64,000 bases of DNA, from assembly GCA_963808625.1 (NCBI GenBank), contig CAWEHK010000015.1, positions 1 to 64,000 of the forward strand, written 5' to 3'. Shown piece after piece: positions 21,297-32,244 of the stretch (position 1 is the first letter of the stretch; every line of letters starts with the position of its first letter). The translations under genes were made by a program, and so were the position numbers. The notes under the pieces are model-generated. The model saw only the letters and a list, made by a program, of their open reading frames with translations, searched no databases and was not told the DNA's origin. The stretch is from an uncultured delta proteobacterium (GTDB lineage: Bacteria; Desulfobacterota; Syntrophobacteria; Syntrophobacterales; Syntrophobacteraceae).

Positions 21297-22898
21297 CTCT
21301 TCTCTTCCCGCTTCCCTCATGACGGCATCGAGCCGTGCTTCCGTCCGCGCGAGCTCGGCTTCCACCTTCGTCCACAGTGCGCTGCTTGTTTCGGGAGGAG
21401 ATGCCGCCAGCAATCCTTGCAGCGCCTTGGCTTTCTGCGCCAACCGGGAGAGCAGTTCTTCCGCTTGGGACCCTGCCTGGGCAGCAGGGACAGGCGCCAC
21501 CTGTCCGGGGCGGAGCGCGATGACTTCGCCGAGGGCCGGGACATGCGCGGAAAGCCCCAAACGATCATTTACCAGTACGGCAAAGCTTTCACTGACGTCC
21601 GGCTCCCCGTGAATGACATAAACCTGCATCTTCGGATTTTCAAAATGAGCGAGCCAGTCGAGCAACACCGCCTGGTCCGCATGGGCGGAAAAACCGCCAA
21701 TGGTGAAAACCCTCGCGCGCACGGAAATTTTTTCACCATAAATCTTGACCGTCCGGTCGCCCTCGACAAGCCTTCGGCCAAGGCTTCCAGCCGCCTGAAA
21801 ACCGACAATCACCAGGGATACCCCCTGGCGCCACAGATTGTGTTTCAGGTGATGTTTGATGCGTCCCGCCGTGCACATGCCGTTGCCGGCAATGACAATG
21901 GCCGGCCCCGCAGTCTCGTTGATTGCTATTGATTCTTCCGCCGTCCGGGACAGAACCAGTTGCGGAAAGGTGAACGGATCACGCCCCTTCTGTACCATCT
22001 CCGTGGCCGCTTCATCGTAGTAATCCTGCATGCGCCGGAAGATTTCGGTTGCGGCAATGGCCAGGGGGCTGTCCAGGTAAACCGGCATCGATGGGATCAG
22101 ACCGTCCCGGAAAAACTCGCCGATGACATAGAGCAGCTCCTGCGTCCGTTCGACGGCAAAAGCGGGAATAATCACCTTTTCCCGATGTTGATAGCTGAAG
22201 CGAATCGCTTCGAGGAGCTCCGCGCGGCTCTCCTCCAGGGACTTGTGATTGCGGTTTCCGTAGGTCGATTCGACCAGCACGGTATCGGCAGTGAGAATGG
22301 ACTGCGGGTCCTGGACGATGAGCTGGTCTTTGCGGCCCAGGTCGCCCGAGAAGACGACCTTATGGGCGGTCGCCGGCGGGCCGCTCCACACTTCGAGAAT
22401 TGACGACCCCAGGATATGGCCGGCATTGCGAAAGCACACGCCCAGCCCGGAATCAACCTGGATCAGCTCGTCTCTTGGGATGGCTTCAAAGAGCGGGAAA
22501 CAGGCCTCGGCATCTTTCGTCGTGTACAGGGGCGTGACCTCGGGATTGCCCTGGCGGCGATTCTTCCGGGTCTGGAGCTCGGCTTCCATTTCCTGAATGT
22601 GGGCGGAATCCAGGAGCAGGATCTTGGTGAGCTCAGCGGTGGGCAGGGTGGTGTAGATTCTTCCGCGGAACCCGTCCCGAACCAGTTTTGGCAAACGGCC
22701 GCAGTGATCGATGTGGGCATGGGTAAGGAACACGGCGGAAATATCGCCGGGACGGAACCCCCATGGGTCGCGATTGCGCCTTTCCATTTCCTTCCCGCCT
22801 TGAAACATTCCGCAGTCAATCAAATACTTCCTGCCGTTATCCAGAAGAAAACAGGACCCCGTTACACAACGAGCGGCGCCAAGGCATGTGATTTCCAT
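21285..22898 (-). CDS. Cytoplasmic MBL-fold beta-CASP ribonuclease
   Basis: LTHAHIDHCG, AGHILGS, FSGDLG, ESTYG, PAFAVERTQE, FSAHAD, IHGE. Confidence 0.95.
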   Translation of the reverse strand: MEITCLGAARCVTGSCFLLDNGRKYLIDCGMFQGGKEMERRNRDPWGFRPGDISAVFLTHAHIDHCGRLPKLVRDGFRGRIYTTLPTAELTKILLLDSAHIQEMEAELQTRKNRRQGNPEVTPLYTTKDAEACFPLFEAIPRDELIQVDSGLGVCFRNAGHILGSSILEVWSGPPATAHKVVFSGDLGRKDQLIVQDPQSILTADTVLVESTYGNRNHKSLEESRAELLEAIRFSYQHREKVIIPAFAVERTQELLYVIGEFFRDGLIPSMPVYLDSPLAIAATEIFRRMQDYYDEAATEMVQKGRDPFTFPQLVLSRTAEESIAINETAGPAIVIAGNGMCTAGRIKHHLKHNLWRQGVSLVIVGFQAAGSLGRRLVEGDRTVKIYGEKISVRARVFTIGGFSAHADQAVLLDWLAHFENPKMQVYVIHGEPDVSESFAVLVNDRLGLSAHVPALGEVIALRPGQVAPVPAAQAGSQAEELLSRLAQKAKALQGLLAASPPETSSALWTKVEAELARTEARLDAVMREAGREEGRE

Positions 22899-22994
22899 AA
22901 GGTACCCTTTCTTTTAAGGTGCAATGCAGTCAGGCAAGTAGCTATAATCTAGCAGATTCCCACGTATACTTGGGCGAAAATTCGTCGGGGTGTT

Positions 22995-23080
22995 GGTGGG
23001 CACTGATCAAGCTGCGCCCACCCTACACTGCTTGAGGTTCGGAGGCGTTCGCAGGGTGGGCACGTCACGTTGCCATCACC
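22995..23080. repeat. GTAG-type REP-like palindromes
   Basis: Minus strand GTAGGGTGGGCGCAGC...GTGCCCACC, plus a degenerate inverted copy at 23051-23080. Confidence 0.55.
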
Positions 23081-23331
23081 GCAACCGCGCAGGTACTCAC
23101 GCCGAAGTGTACTTGTGCTTTCCCAAGGCGGTGGCGCCTCCTGCAAGGTTGACGATCAGCCTGTCCTGTTGTACGGTATGATTACACTTATCGATACGGA
23201 CCTCAGGGAATTTTCTGGATGTGAGAGCTCAGTCCCGTGTCAACCATGTTGCTCGGGGATGGCCTTGGAGGACATCTTGGAAAGCTCGCACGCAAAGATA
23301 CTTTCTCGTATATCAAAGGAAAGGGCTCAGC

Positions 23332-25191
23332 ATGAAACTGCTTGTCGATGAGCGGGACGTAAAGTTTGTCCTTCACGAACAACTGCGCATTGAAGAGCTG
23401 TGCAAATATCCGAGGTACAGCAGCTTCTCTCAGGATCTCTTCGACATGGTGCTGGAAGAAGCCGGGAAACTGGCTGAGAAGGAATTCTACCCCGCCAACC
23501 GGGAGGGCGACCGGCAGGGGTGCCGCTTCGAGGACGGGCAGGTGCGAGTCCCGGAGGCGTTCCACCAGGCTTATGACCGGTATCGCGAGGGGGGATGGCT
23601 GCCCATAAGCGACCCGCCGGAAGTGGGAGGGCAGGGGTTTCCGGTGGTCCTGGGCCATTCCTGCATCGAGATTTTTGGGGCGGCCAACTGGGCGCTCTTG
23701 ATGTATCCGGGGCTGACTCACGGCGCCGGGCGCCTGCTTGAGCAATACGGGACTCCCGAACAGCAGGAACAGTTCATGTTTAAACTCTTTTCCGGCGAAT
23801 GGTCCGGGACCATGTGCCTCACCGAACCGCAGGCGGGAACCGATGTGGGGAATCTGCGCACGAGGGCCACGCGGCTCGATGATGGCACGTACAAGATATC
23901 CGGGCAAAAGATTTTCATTTCGGCGGGAATGCATGACCTGAGCGAAAATATCGTGCACATGGTGCTGGCGCGAATCGATGGGGCCCCGAAGGGAGTAAGG
24001 GGGATTTCCATCTTTATTGTGCCCCGGCTGCGCTACGGCGAGGATGGGGGGCTCGTGGACAATGACGTTGCCTGTGCCGGGATCGAGCACAAACTGGGCA
24101 TTCACGGGTGCGCGACCTGCACCCTCAACTTTGGTGAGAAGGGCGCCTGCATCGGTTATCTGCTGGGGAAAGAAAATACCGGCATGCGCATCATGTTCGA
24201 GATGATGAACGAAGCGCGGCTCTTTGTCGGCATGCAGGGCCTGAGCCATGCCAGCACGGCCTATCTGCATGCGCTTGCAATATGCCAAGGAACGGCTGCA
24301 GGGAGCCTCGGCGGAACGGATGAAGGATCCGGAAGCGCCGCGGGTACCCATTATTCACCACCCCGATGTGCGGCGGATGCTGATGTTTATGAAGAGCAGC
24401 ACCGAGGGCATGCGGGCGCTGCTCTACCTGCGGCCTACTGCGTCGATCGGGTGCGGGCTGCGCCATCGGAGGAAGAAAGAGAGCGCTTCCAGGGACATGT
24501 GGACCTCTTGATTCCCATCTGCAAGGCGGTCGGGAGCGATCTGGGGTTTCGCGTCTGCGAGACGGCGATCCAGGTCTACGGGGGATATGGATACATCAGC
24601 GACTATCCCGTCGAACAGTTCCTGAGGGATTGCAAGATTGCGTCCATCTACGAAGGAACCAACGGCATCCAGGCCCTCGATCTGGTCGGTAGAAAACTGA
24701 CCTACAAGCGCGGCCAGCTCTTCAAGAACGGCCTTGCCGCGATGACCGAAATCCTTGAAAAAATCAAGAAGAACTTCAATCTGCGCGACCTGGTGCAAAT
24801 CTATGAAGAGGCGCAGGAGAGCATCATTCAGGTGACCAAGTTTTTCGCCCTGAAAGGGATGACGGACGACTTCGAGGTGCCGTTGCTGTATGCGAAACCC
24901 TACCTGGATCTGTGCGGCGATGGGGCGATGGGATTTCTGCTCCTCTGGCAGGCGCACCTGGCCGACCGCAGGCTCCAGGAAATTTACCGCGATCATCGTG
25001 CCCAGGACGCGAAGGCCCAGGCTGAAATCCTGGCAACCAACCGGAGCGCCGCTTTCTATTTTGGCAAGATTGCGTCGGCGCGCTTCTTCATCAACCAGGT
25101 TTTGACCCTGACCCATGGCCGCGCCCGGGCCATCATGAACAACGACAAGTCGGCGTTGGAGATTCCTGAGCATGGATTTGCTTTGGGGTAG
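23332..25191 (+). CDS. Acyl-CoA dehydrogenase with two compensating frameshifts near 24280 and 24430
   Basis: [37 protein letters not shown]. The conserved YAKERLQG...[11 protein letters not shown] segment lies in ORF 24248-24511. Confidence 0.95.
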   Translation: MKLLVDERDVKFVLHEQLRIEELCKYPRYSSFSQDLFDMVLEEAGKLAEKEFYPANREGDRQGCRFEDGQVRVPEAFHQAYDRYREGGWLPISDPPEVGGQGFPVVLGHSCIEIFGAANWALLMYPGLTHGAGRLLEQYGTPEQQEQFMFKLFSGEWSGTMCLTEPQAGTDVGNLRTRATRLDDGTYKISGQKIFISAGMHDLSENIVHMVLARIDGAPKGVRGISIFIVPRLRYGEDGGLVDNDVACAGIEHKLGIHGCATCTLNFGEKGACIGYLLGKENTGMRIMFEMMNEARLFVGMQGLSHASTAYLHALAICQGTAAGSLGGTDEGSGSAAGTHYSPPRCAADADVYEEQHRGHAGAALPAAYCVDRVRAAPSEEERERFQGHVDLLIPICKAVGSDLGFRVCETAIQVYGGYGYISDYPVEQFLRDCKIASIYEGTNGIQALDLVGRKLTYKRGQLFKNGLAAMTEILEKIKKNFNLRDLVQIYEEAQESIIQVTKFFALKGMTDDFEVPLLYAKPYLDLCGDGAMGFLLLWQAHLADRRLQEIYRDHRAQDAKAQAEILATNRSAAFYFGKIASARFFINQVLTLTHGRARAIMNNDKSALEIPEHGFALG

Positions 25192-25300
25192 TTGATGGAT
25201 GATGGTTGATGGATGATAGTTATAGTTTTGATGGTTGATGGTTGATGGTTGATGGATGATAGATGATAGTTGATGGTTGATAGTTGATGGATGATGGTTG
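25190..25300. repeat. Heptamer tandem array (GATGGTT/GATAGTT)
   Basis: Starts right at the stop codon of the acyl-CoA dehydrogenase. Confidence 0.88.
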
Positions 25301-25353
25301 CGCGCAGTCATATTGGTCGCCAAGAGCCAAGAGCTTCTTTGAGGAGAGTTTTC

Positions 25354-26544
25354 ATGAAAGTAAGAGATGTGGTGGTTGTCGATGGGGTGCGCACGGCTTT
25401 TGGAAGGGCCGGGGAAAAGGGCTACTTCTGGCTGACGCGGGCCGACGACATGGTGGTGAAGGTGATCCGCGAATTGCTGCGGCGCAATCCCCAGGTGAAT
25501 CCGGCAAGTGTTGAAGAAAATGTCTGGGGAGCAACCACGCAGGAAGGCGATCAGGGCTTGACCCTCGGGCGCACGACGGCGCTCCTGGCCGGATTGCCCG
25601 AAAGCTGTGCCGGTTTTTCCATCGATCGCATGTGTGCCGGGGGGTTGACGGCGGTGACGGCGGCGGCATCGGAAATTGCCCTGGGGGCCTGTGACGTGGC
25701 CATAGCCGGCGGCGTGGAACACATGAGCCACCATCCGATGGGCGCCACCGCCGATCCCAATCCGCGCTTCCTGGCCGAGAGGCTGGTTTCGGCGGACGCG
25801 CTGTCCATGGGGAAAACTGCGGAAAACCTCCACGACCTCTATCCCGAGATTTCCAAGGAGATGGCGGACGCCTACGCTTTGCACTCGCAGGAAAAGGCCG
25901 CTCGGGCCTATCGCGAAGGCAAGATTCAGCCGATGATCGTCCCCATGACCGTTTACACCAGGGAGGGCTGGGTGGTGGCGGACCGGGACCAGCAGCCCCG
26001 TCCCGAGACCACCATGGAAGGGCTGCAGGATCTCAAGACCCCGTTCCGGGCTCAAGGCCGGGTAACGGCGGGCAATTCTTCCGGGCTGAACGATGGTGCG
26101 TGCGGCCTGCTGCTGATGAGTGAGGAGCGCGCTCTGGAACTGGGTGTGGTCCCAAAGATGCGCCTGGTGGGATATGCCTACGCCGGGGTGCGGCCGGAAA
26201 TCATGGGCTTTGGTCCGGTCCCTTCAACGAAGAAGCTCTTTGCCAAAACCGGGCTGTCCATGGAAGACATGGGCCTGATTGAGCTGAACGAAGCCTTTGC
26301 CGTACAGTGCCTCGTGTTCATGAAGGAATTTGGGTTGCAATTGCCCGAGGATGAGCGGCTGAATCAACTCGGGGGTGCGATTGCCTTCGGCCACCCGCTC
26401 GCGGCATCAGGGCCGCGCCTGGTGATGCACCTGATGCACCTTTTTGCCGCGCATCCCGAGGTGCGCTACGGCCTCACCGCACTCTGCGTCGGTCTGGGCC
26501 AGGGGGCATCAGCGATCTGGGAAAACCTGGCGGTTGGCTCTTAG
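25354..26544 (+). CDS. Acetyl-CoA C-acyltransferase (thiolase)
   Basis: [48 protein letters not shown]. Confidence 0.96.
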   Translation: MKVRDVVVVDGVRTAFGRAGEKGYFWLTRADDMVVKVIRELLRRNPQVNPASVEENVWGATTQEGDQGLTLGRTTALLAGLPESCAGFSIDRMCAGGLTAVTAAASEIALGACDVAIAGGVEHMSHHPMGATADPNPRFLAERLVSADALSMGKTAENLHDLYPEISKEMADAYALHSQEKAARAYREGKIQPMIVPMTVYTREGWVVADRDQQPRPETTMEGLQDLKTPFRAQGRVTAGNSSGLNDGACGLLLMSEERALELGVVPKMRLVGYAYAGVRPEIMGFGPVPSTKKLFAKTGLSMEDMGLIELNEAFAVQCLVFMKEFGLQLPEDERLNQLGGAIAFGHPLAASGPRLVMHLMHLFAAHPEVRYGLTALCVGLGQGASAIWENLAVGS

Positions 26545-26720
26545 CGGTTAGCTCTTGGCCCTTGGCTCTTAGCTCTTAGCTCATAGCCCTTGGCTTTTGG
26601 CTCTTGGTGGTTGGTGGTTGCCGATCAGGGTCCAGCCGTTGCGCCTTGGCACCTCATCGCCCGCACAAATCAACCATCAACCATCAACCATCAACGCTTT
26701 TTCTGACCACTGACCACTGC
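26538..26720. repeat. Mixed heptamer arrays (CTCTTAG/CTCTTGG, ACCATCA, CTGACCA)
   Basis: Direct reading of the spacer between the thiolase and the next gene. Confidence 0.75.
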
Positions 26721-26738
26721 TTTTACAGGAGAAGGACC

Positions 26739-28784
26739 ATGGCCGAACCGATTACTCATTTCTATTACCGATTTTATGACTCACCGGTGGGCAAGATCGC
26801 GATCGTGACCATGGACAATGGTCAGGACTACCGGCGTCCCAACACCTTCAGTGAAGCAGCCATGCATTCTCTCAGCGAAACCCTGGATGTGATCGTGCGG
26901 GAAGAGGATGTCCGGGGACTGATGCTTACGGGCAAGCCCTACATCTTTGCGGCGGGCGCCGATCTTACCGAGGTACCCTTCATCACCACCTTTGAACAGG
27001 GCTATCAGGTTGGGCGTCTCGGCCACGCCGTGATGAAAAGGATCATGGATCTACCCTATCCCACCCTGGCCGCGATCAACGGTGTGGCGCTGGGGGGAGG
27101 ACTGGAAATTGCGCTTTACTGCAAGGTTCGGACAGTCCATCGGAGCGTCCAGGCCATCGGTTTCCCGGAATGTTTCCTGGGGCTCATCCCGGGCTGGGGT
27201 GGCTGCACCCTGGCGACGCGGCTGGTCGGGCCGGAGAAGGCGCTGCAGCTCATCATCTACAACGCCTTGAACCAGAACCGAATGATCAACGGTGCGGCGG
27301 CCTTCGAACTCGGGCTTGCCGACCGGCTCTTCGAAGGCGCCGAGTTTCTGGATGAATCCCTGCAGTTTCTGGTCGATATAATCGCGGGAAAGGTCGCTGT
27401 CGAGCGTGCTCCCGTGCAGAGTGCCGGGATCAAAAGCCTCATCGAGCAGGCGAAAGCCTTTGTCGAGAGTCGCATCCACGGCGCTGCCCCGGCCCCCTAC
27501 CGGGCTCTGGAGCTCATTGCCGGGGCCTGTGACGGTGACCTCGATAAGGGTTTTGAAGCAGAGAACAGGGCCCTTGGCGACCTCATCAGATCGCGGCAAT
27601 GCAAAGCGTCGATTTACTCCTTCGATCTAATCAATCGCTATGCCAAGAAATCGAAAGTTCCCAAGGAGGTCGCACGCAGACCCATCAACCGGGTTGGCAT
27701 CATCGGCGCCGGGCTCATGGCGTCGCAGCTTGCCCAGCTTTTCATTTATCGCCTGGAAGTGCCGGTGGTGATGAAAGACATCAGCCGGGATTTGGTGGAT
27801 AAAGGCTGCGCCTATGTTCGGCAGGAGCTCACGAAGCTGGTGGAAAAAGGGCGGGTGAGCGAAGGAAAGAGTCGCTATCTGGCAAGCCTTCTCAAGGGGA
27901 CGCTCGACTATGAGGATTTTTCCGACTGCGATTTGGTCATCGAGGCGGTGTTTGAAAATATGGGTGTCAAGCAGCAGGTTTTTCGCGAGGCGGAGCAGTG
28001 CCTCAAGCCGGACGCCGTCCTTGCCACCAACACCTCATCCTTGAGCATCACCGAGATGGCCGGTGGCCTCGACCATCCGGAACGGGTGGTCGGCTTCCAC
28101 TTCTTCAACCCGGTGGCGGTCATGCCGCTCGTCGAAGTCATCCGCGCCCAAAAGACCAATGAACCTACCTTGGCGACGGCCTTTGACCTGGCGGCCAAAC
28201 TGCGCAAGACCGGCATTCTGGTGAAAGATTCTCCGGCCTTTCTGGTGAACCGGATTCTGGTCAGAATGTTGGTGGACTGCCTATCCGTGGTCGACGAAGG
28301 GGCTGCCTTCAGTCAGGTGGATGCGGCGCTCCTGGCCCTGGGGCTGCCCATGGCGCCCTTCGAGCTGCTCGACCTGGTTGGCCTGCCGGTCGCCTTCCAC
28401 GTCACCGAGACTCTCAACCAGGCCTTTGGACCCGAGCGCTTTCCACTGAATGCAAACGTCAAAGAACTGGTGAAAACCAAAAAAACGGCCTTTTACCTCC
28501 GAGATGGCAAACAAAAGCGGATTGACCCCGAAATCGAGGCGGCCTGGGTGCGGAGTGGAACCAAAGAGTTCCATCTCGAAGAAATCCAGGAGCGCATTTT
28601 GAGCAACCTTGCCCGGGAAACCGACCTTATTTTGCACGAAAAAGTCGTCGAAAGCTCTCGGGATGTCGACCTGGCAATGATTCTCGGGGCCGGGTGGCCG
28701 TTCTTCATGGGTGGTCTCACCATGTACCTGGACCTCGTCGGAATCACCCCCAAAGTCCTGCAAAAGGTCTTCTTCAGCTTTTAG
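26739..28784 (+). CDS. Bifunctional enoyl-CoA hydratase / 3-hydroxyacyl-CoA dehydrogenase (FadB-like)
   Basis: FAAGADL, ALGGGLE, PECFLGLIPGWGG; GAGLMA, IEAVFE, TNTSSL, GFHFFNP. Confidence 0.95.
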   Translation: MAEPITHFYYRFYDSPVGKIAIVTMDNGQDYRRPNTFSEAAMHSLSETLDVIVREEDVRGLMLTGKPYIFAAGADLTEVPFITTFEQGYQVGRLGHAVMKRIMDLPYPTLAAINGVALGGGLEIALYCKVRTVHRSVQAIGFPECFLGLIPGWGGCTLATRLVGPEKALQLIIYNALNQNRMINGAAAFELGLADRLFEGAEFLDESLQFLVDIIAGKVAVERAPVQSAGIKSLIEQAKAFVESRIHGAAPAPYRALELIAGACDGDLDKGFEAENRALGDLIRSRQCKASIYSFDLINRYAKKSKVPKEVARRPINRVGIIGAGLMASQLAQLFIYRLEVPVVMKDISRDLVDKGCAYVRQELTKLVEKGRVSEGKSRYLASLLKGTLDYEDFSDCDLVIEAVFENMGVKQQVFREAEQCLKPDAVLATNTSSLSITEMAGGLDHPERVVGFHFFNPVAVMPLVEVIRAQKTNEPTLATAFDLAAKLRKTGILVKDSPAFLVNRILVRMLVDCLSVVDEGAAFSQVDAALLALGLPMAPFELLDLVGLPVAFHVTETLNQAFGPERFPLNANVKELVKTKKTAFYLRDGKQKRIDPEIEAAWVRSGTKEFHLEEIQERILSNLARETDLILHEKVVESSRDVDLAMILGAGWPFFMGGLTMYLDLVGITPKVLQKVFFSF

Positions 28785-28980
28785 AGGAGGGTCCGGGAGG
28801 CTTCCGCCGGCATCGAACGCTTCTGTGCGATCCTGCGCAGTAAAGCGCCCGGAATGGATCAAGGTTTTGTGTGGATAATCAGTCTGATCGTTTGCTTAAT
28901 CAATATTATCGGTCTAGAATCAATCATGTTTCTATATTGTGGCCGTTCTGAGTTAAAATAGCAGTTTTTGCAGGTGAAGC

Positions 28981-29217
28981 ATGGAAAACAGCGTACCCCT
29001 GGAAGAGATTCTCAAATTGGCAAAACAGCTTTCTGCCAGAGATAAGCTCCGCCTGATTGAGCGAATTGCGCCCCAGATCGAAGGGGAACTTAAACCGTCT
29101 GCGCGTCTCCCTCGCAGGTCCTTATTGGGGCTATGGCGCGGTCTTGATCTAACCGATCAGGACATTGCCGATGTGCGTCGAGAAATGTGGGCTGATTTTC
29201 CTCGTGAGGACATCTGA
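28981..29217 (+). CDS. Small putative antitoxin
   Basis: 78 aa; its stop overlaps the ATG of a PIN-domain gene (TGATG); ends SLLGLW...IADVRREMWADFPREDI. Confidence 0.7.
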   Translation: MENSVPLEEILKLAKQLSARDKLRLIERIAPQIEGELKPSARLPRRSLLGLWRGLDLTDQDIADVRREMWADFPREDI

Positions 29218-29619
29218 TGCCGGACTATGTGACAGATACACACGGGCTCATCTGGTCTGGAAGATAGTCCTCGCCTCGGAGCTCAGGCCAGAAAGTGCTT
29301 TGACGCATGTGATCGGGGAAAGTGCAATATTCACGTTGCCCACAATATGTCTGGTGGAGATCATCTATCTCCAGGAAAAAGGGCGGATTTCCCTTCGACA
29401 TGAAAGCTCAATTGGAATGCTGAGCTGATGACTGGAGCAAGCGGATTAGTCCTGGCCGATCTGACACCCGATGTCGCCAATTTGATTTCAAGTATCCCTC
29501 GCACGAAAGTTCCGGATATGCCTGACCGTATCATTGCCGCAACCGCCTTGTACCTGGATCTCGCGTTGATCACTCGTGACCGCAAGATCAGGATCTCAGA
29601 AGTGAAGACGGTATGGTGA
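29217..29619 (+). pseudogene. VapC/PIN-domain toxin, frameshifted (possibly sequencing error)
   Basis: MPDYVTDTHGLIW..., TICLVEIIYLQEKGRI and DMPDRIIAATALYLDLALITRD are spread over different frames. Confidence 0.8.
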
Positions 29620-29830
29620 TCTTCGCCTTCTGCTCAGCTTGGCCATTTTAACGTAACCTTTCACTGCCCCTTTCGGGTCATCTGTATTTTTGACAACCGT
29701 GAGTTATCTGTTAATGAGAAAGTCCAGCATCGTCTGAAGTGAACGTCTTCGCTAGGATCCACCATTCTGTGAGGACCTATGGACATCAGGAAGTCGAGCT
29801 CAGCTTAATAAGCAGCAAAGGCCTCGCACT

Positions 29831-30151
29831 TCACTTCCAGAGGGCACTGGTCAAAGCGGCCTGCCGCATCTCCCTGATTGCTTCTTCAATGCGGGAATCC
29901 GGCAGCGACGGCTCGAACAGGAGCAGAGTCGGGTCCAGCTTCGAGTTTGTGACGGCGGGGGCCAGTTGCTGCTGAATCATCGCTGCCAGGGACGTGAGCT
30001 GCCGGTAGCTGTCATCGATAACGCGGAACTTATCCGGATGGAACTCGGGGGGGTAGCGACGCACCAGTCGCTGGTAGGCTTTTTCGATGGCATCCTGATC
30101 GGCGTCGCCGGGGAGGTTCAGGTTTTGCAGTGCTTCTTCGCGGGTCATCAT
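29831..30151 (-). CDS. Small J-domain-like protein
   Basis: ALQNLNL...IEKAYQRLVRRYPPEFHPDKFRVIDDSYRQL; YPPE occupies the usual HPD position. Confidence 0.8.
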   Translation of the reverse strand: MMTREEALQNLNLPGDADQDAIEKAYQRLVRRYPPEFHPDKFRVIDDSYRQLTSLAAMIQQQLAPAVTNSKLDPTLLLFEPSLPDSRIEEAIREMRQAALTSALWK

Positions 30152-32244
30152 CGTTTCTTTCGAGTCTTGGCAGGTTTTCTGGCGGATTTCGCCGAAGACA
30201 GCAGCAGATTTCTCATCTTGTCGAGCAGCGGCTTGGTCCCTGTCTCGCCGGCCTCCAGCCTCTTGAGAAGCATGTTGTTAAGGTGGATCAGCAAACGCTG
30301 CTGACGGGTGAGAATCTGCGGGTATTGCAACAGCTCATCCAGGAGCGGGCCAAGCGCATCGAGGGGCGCCATCGGCAGCTCGTCACGGTGTTGTTCCATG
30401 AAAAGCAGCACCGCTTCGACCTTGTCATTCTTACTGATCCCGTATATTCCAAAGGGAAAATGGTTCCGGCTCCTCTGCTGCATCTTCTCATGGCGCCTGA
30501 GATCGTCAAGGATGTACTGCCAGAATCCCTCCGGATGAACGGAATGGAGGATATTGAACCAGGAGAGGTGTCCTTCCCTGGTCAGGCGATCTTCCGGATA
30601 GCAGCCAAGGAAAAGTCGGGCAAGATCCAACACATCGTAATCATCGAGTTCTGCCAACTCCCGGCGAAGGATGCCGGGGTTCTTAGGCTTTCCGGGGCCA
30701 AATCCCCCAAAAAAGCCGGATAGAATACCCGCAAATTGTGCTCTTCCAGTGGCTTCAAACAGCTCGAGCTCCACCTCGATGTACAAATGCATCACGAGGA
30801 CCATCAACAGCTCTCTGCGGTGGGCATAGCGCTGCAGGAGCGGTCTGAGCGATCGCGCGTAGGGATAATAGAGCTGGACCCATTCCTTGGCGAGCCATCT
30901 CGTATCAGCAACGGTCGGCTCGGCAGCCTGGCCGAGGAACTTCTCGGCCCGACTGTGAAGGTCACGGTCGCGGTAACGTGCACCCGCCAGCATGCTCAGT
31001 AATCCCAGCCGCGTACCAACGCACCCGGCGTCGAGGATGGCTCGCAGGAAGCCCACAAAGTCCCCTGGTTCCGGCATCACATCGAAGACAAACTGCAGGT
31101 CGAAGCACAGATTGGGCTCCATCACCCGGACCAGCTCTCGTTGCTCCCTTGCAGAAAGCGTCGGGCTCCGCAGGGCAAGCTCCCCCAGAATGTTCCGATA
31201 GACCGTAAGCAGCGTCGTCGCCAGATGGGTGGTGTTCGCCTGCTGTTCCTGTTCCACCTTGTCCTCGTCATCATCATCAAAAAAATCTGGGGAGCCAGGT
31301 CCGCTCACATGGGAAGGGCCACCCTCAACGGTCATGCGCAGGCGGGCGAGAAGGGAGAACTTGGCTTCGAGATCGAGTCTTTTCAGCTCTTCCCGCAAGG
31401 CAGCGGGAGTGCGGTCCATCCCCCCGGACCAGTCATCAGAGTCGGACAAGAGCTTGCTCTTGATCTCCGCGGATCGTTCTCCAGCCAGGCGGGGAAAAGC
31501 GAAGGACATGGTGCGCACAAACGTCGCTCCCTGTTGACGGGTGGTCTCCGGAGCCAGTCGCCGGCACATAAGAGCAAGGTTGTGAACGAAAGGGTGCAGG
31601 ACGATATCCCGGAGGGCCGGAGGCAGTTCCTTTGAAAGTGCGGACATGGTCCGATCCAGCCGCTTCAGGGTAGCCGCAGGGCAGCCGTCCCATCCCTGGG
31701 ACACGGTGCCTTTCTGGTTGAGGCGGCGGGCATTCGGAATGATCTGCCCGAGACGACGCACGTACTCACTTGATGGCTCTCCGGGGAGGAGCTCGGCCAA
31801 CTGCTCGTAGTAGCGGCGGGTGATTTTGTCCGGTTCCCGCACGAATTTCTCCAAGAGGACCTTCAGCTTGGCGTCCTTCGCGCCGGACTCGGAAGCAAAC
31901 CAGGCGAAGTTGGACCTGAGCTTTTCCGCACCGGGAGACAGGCCCTTCAGCTGGAGGATCTCCTGCCCGGTATTCCGGTTTTCCACGAGACCTTTGAGGA
32001 GCATCAGGAGACGGAAGTCAGGATCAGCGGGAAGTTTCTTGAGGGATTCAACTTCCGTGCAGAACCGCTCGAAAGCCGAACATTGCTTCACGGCCTGCCT
32101 GGTCAGGGCCTGCCAGGCCTCCCGGTACTCTTTGCTATGATCCGAGACGGCGTTTTCCGACTCGAGCAGCCGGAGCAATTCCCAGTAGCGGCCAGTGCGG
32201 TGGAACTTCTCAATGTCCCTCCGAACGCGCTTCTTCTTACTCAC
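30148..32244 (-). CDS. Uncharacterised helical protein (698 aa) in the Hsp70 operon
   Basis: Long ORF overlapping both neighbours; no recognisable catalytic motif. Confidence 0.75.
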   Translation of the reverse strand: MSKKKRVRRDIEKFHRTGRYWELLRLLESENAVSDHSKEYREAWQALTRQAVKQCSAFERFCTEVESLKKLPADPDFRLLMLLKGLVENRNTGQEILQLKGLSPGAEKLRSNFAWFASESGAKDAKLKVLLEKFVREPDKITRRYYEQLAELLPGEPSSEYVRRLGQIIPNARRLNQKGTVSQGWDGCPAATLKRLDRTMSALSKELPPALRDIVLHPFVHNLALMCRRLAPETTRQQGATFVRTMSFAFPRLAGERSAEIKSKLLSDSDDWSGGMDRTPAALREELKRLDLEAKFSLLARLRMTVEGGPSHVSGPGSPDFFDDDDEDKVEQEQQANTTHLATTLLTVYRNILGELALRSPTLSAREQRELVRVMEPNLCFDLQFVFDVMPEPGDFVGFLRAILDAGCVGTRLGLLSMLAGARYRDRDLHSRAEKFLGQAAEPTVADTRWLAKEWVQLYYPYARSLRPLLQRYAHRRELLMVLVMHLYIEVELELFEATGRAQFAGILSGFFGGFGPGKPKNPGILRRELAELDDYDVLDLARLFLGCYPEDRLTREGHLSWFNILHSVHPEGFWQYILDDLRRHEKMQQRSRNHFPFGIYGISKNDKVEAVLLFMEQHRDELPMAPLDALGPLLDELLQYPQILTRQQRLLIHLNNMLLKRLEAGETGTKPLLDKMRNLLLSSAKSARKPAKTRKKR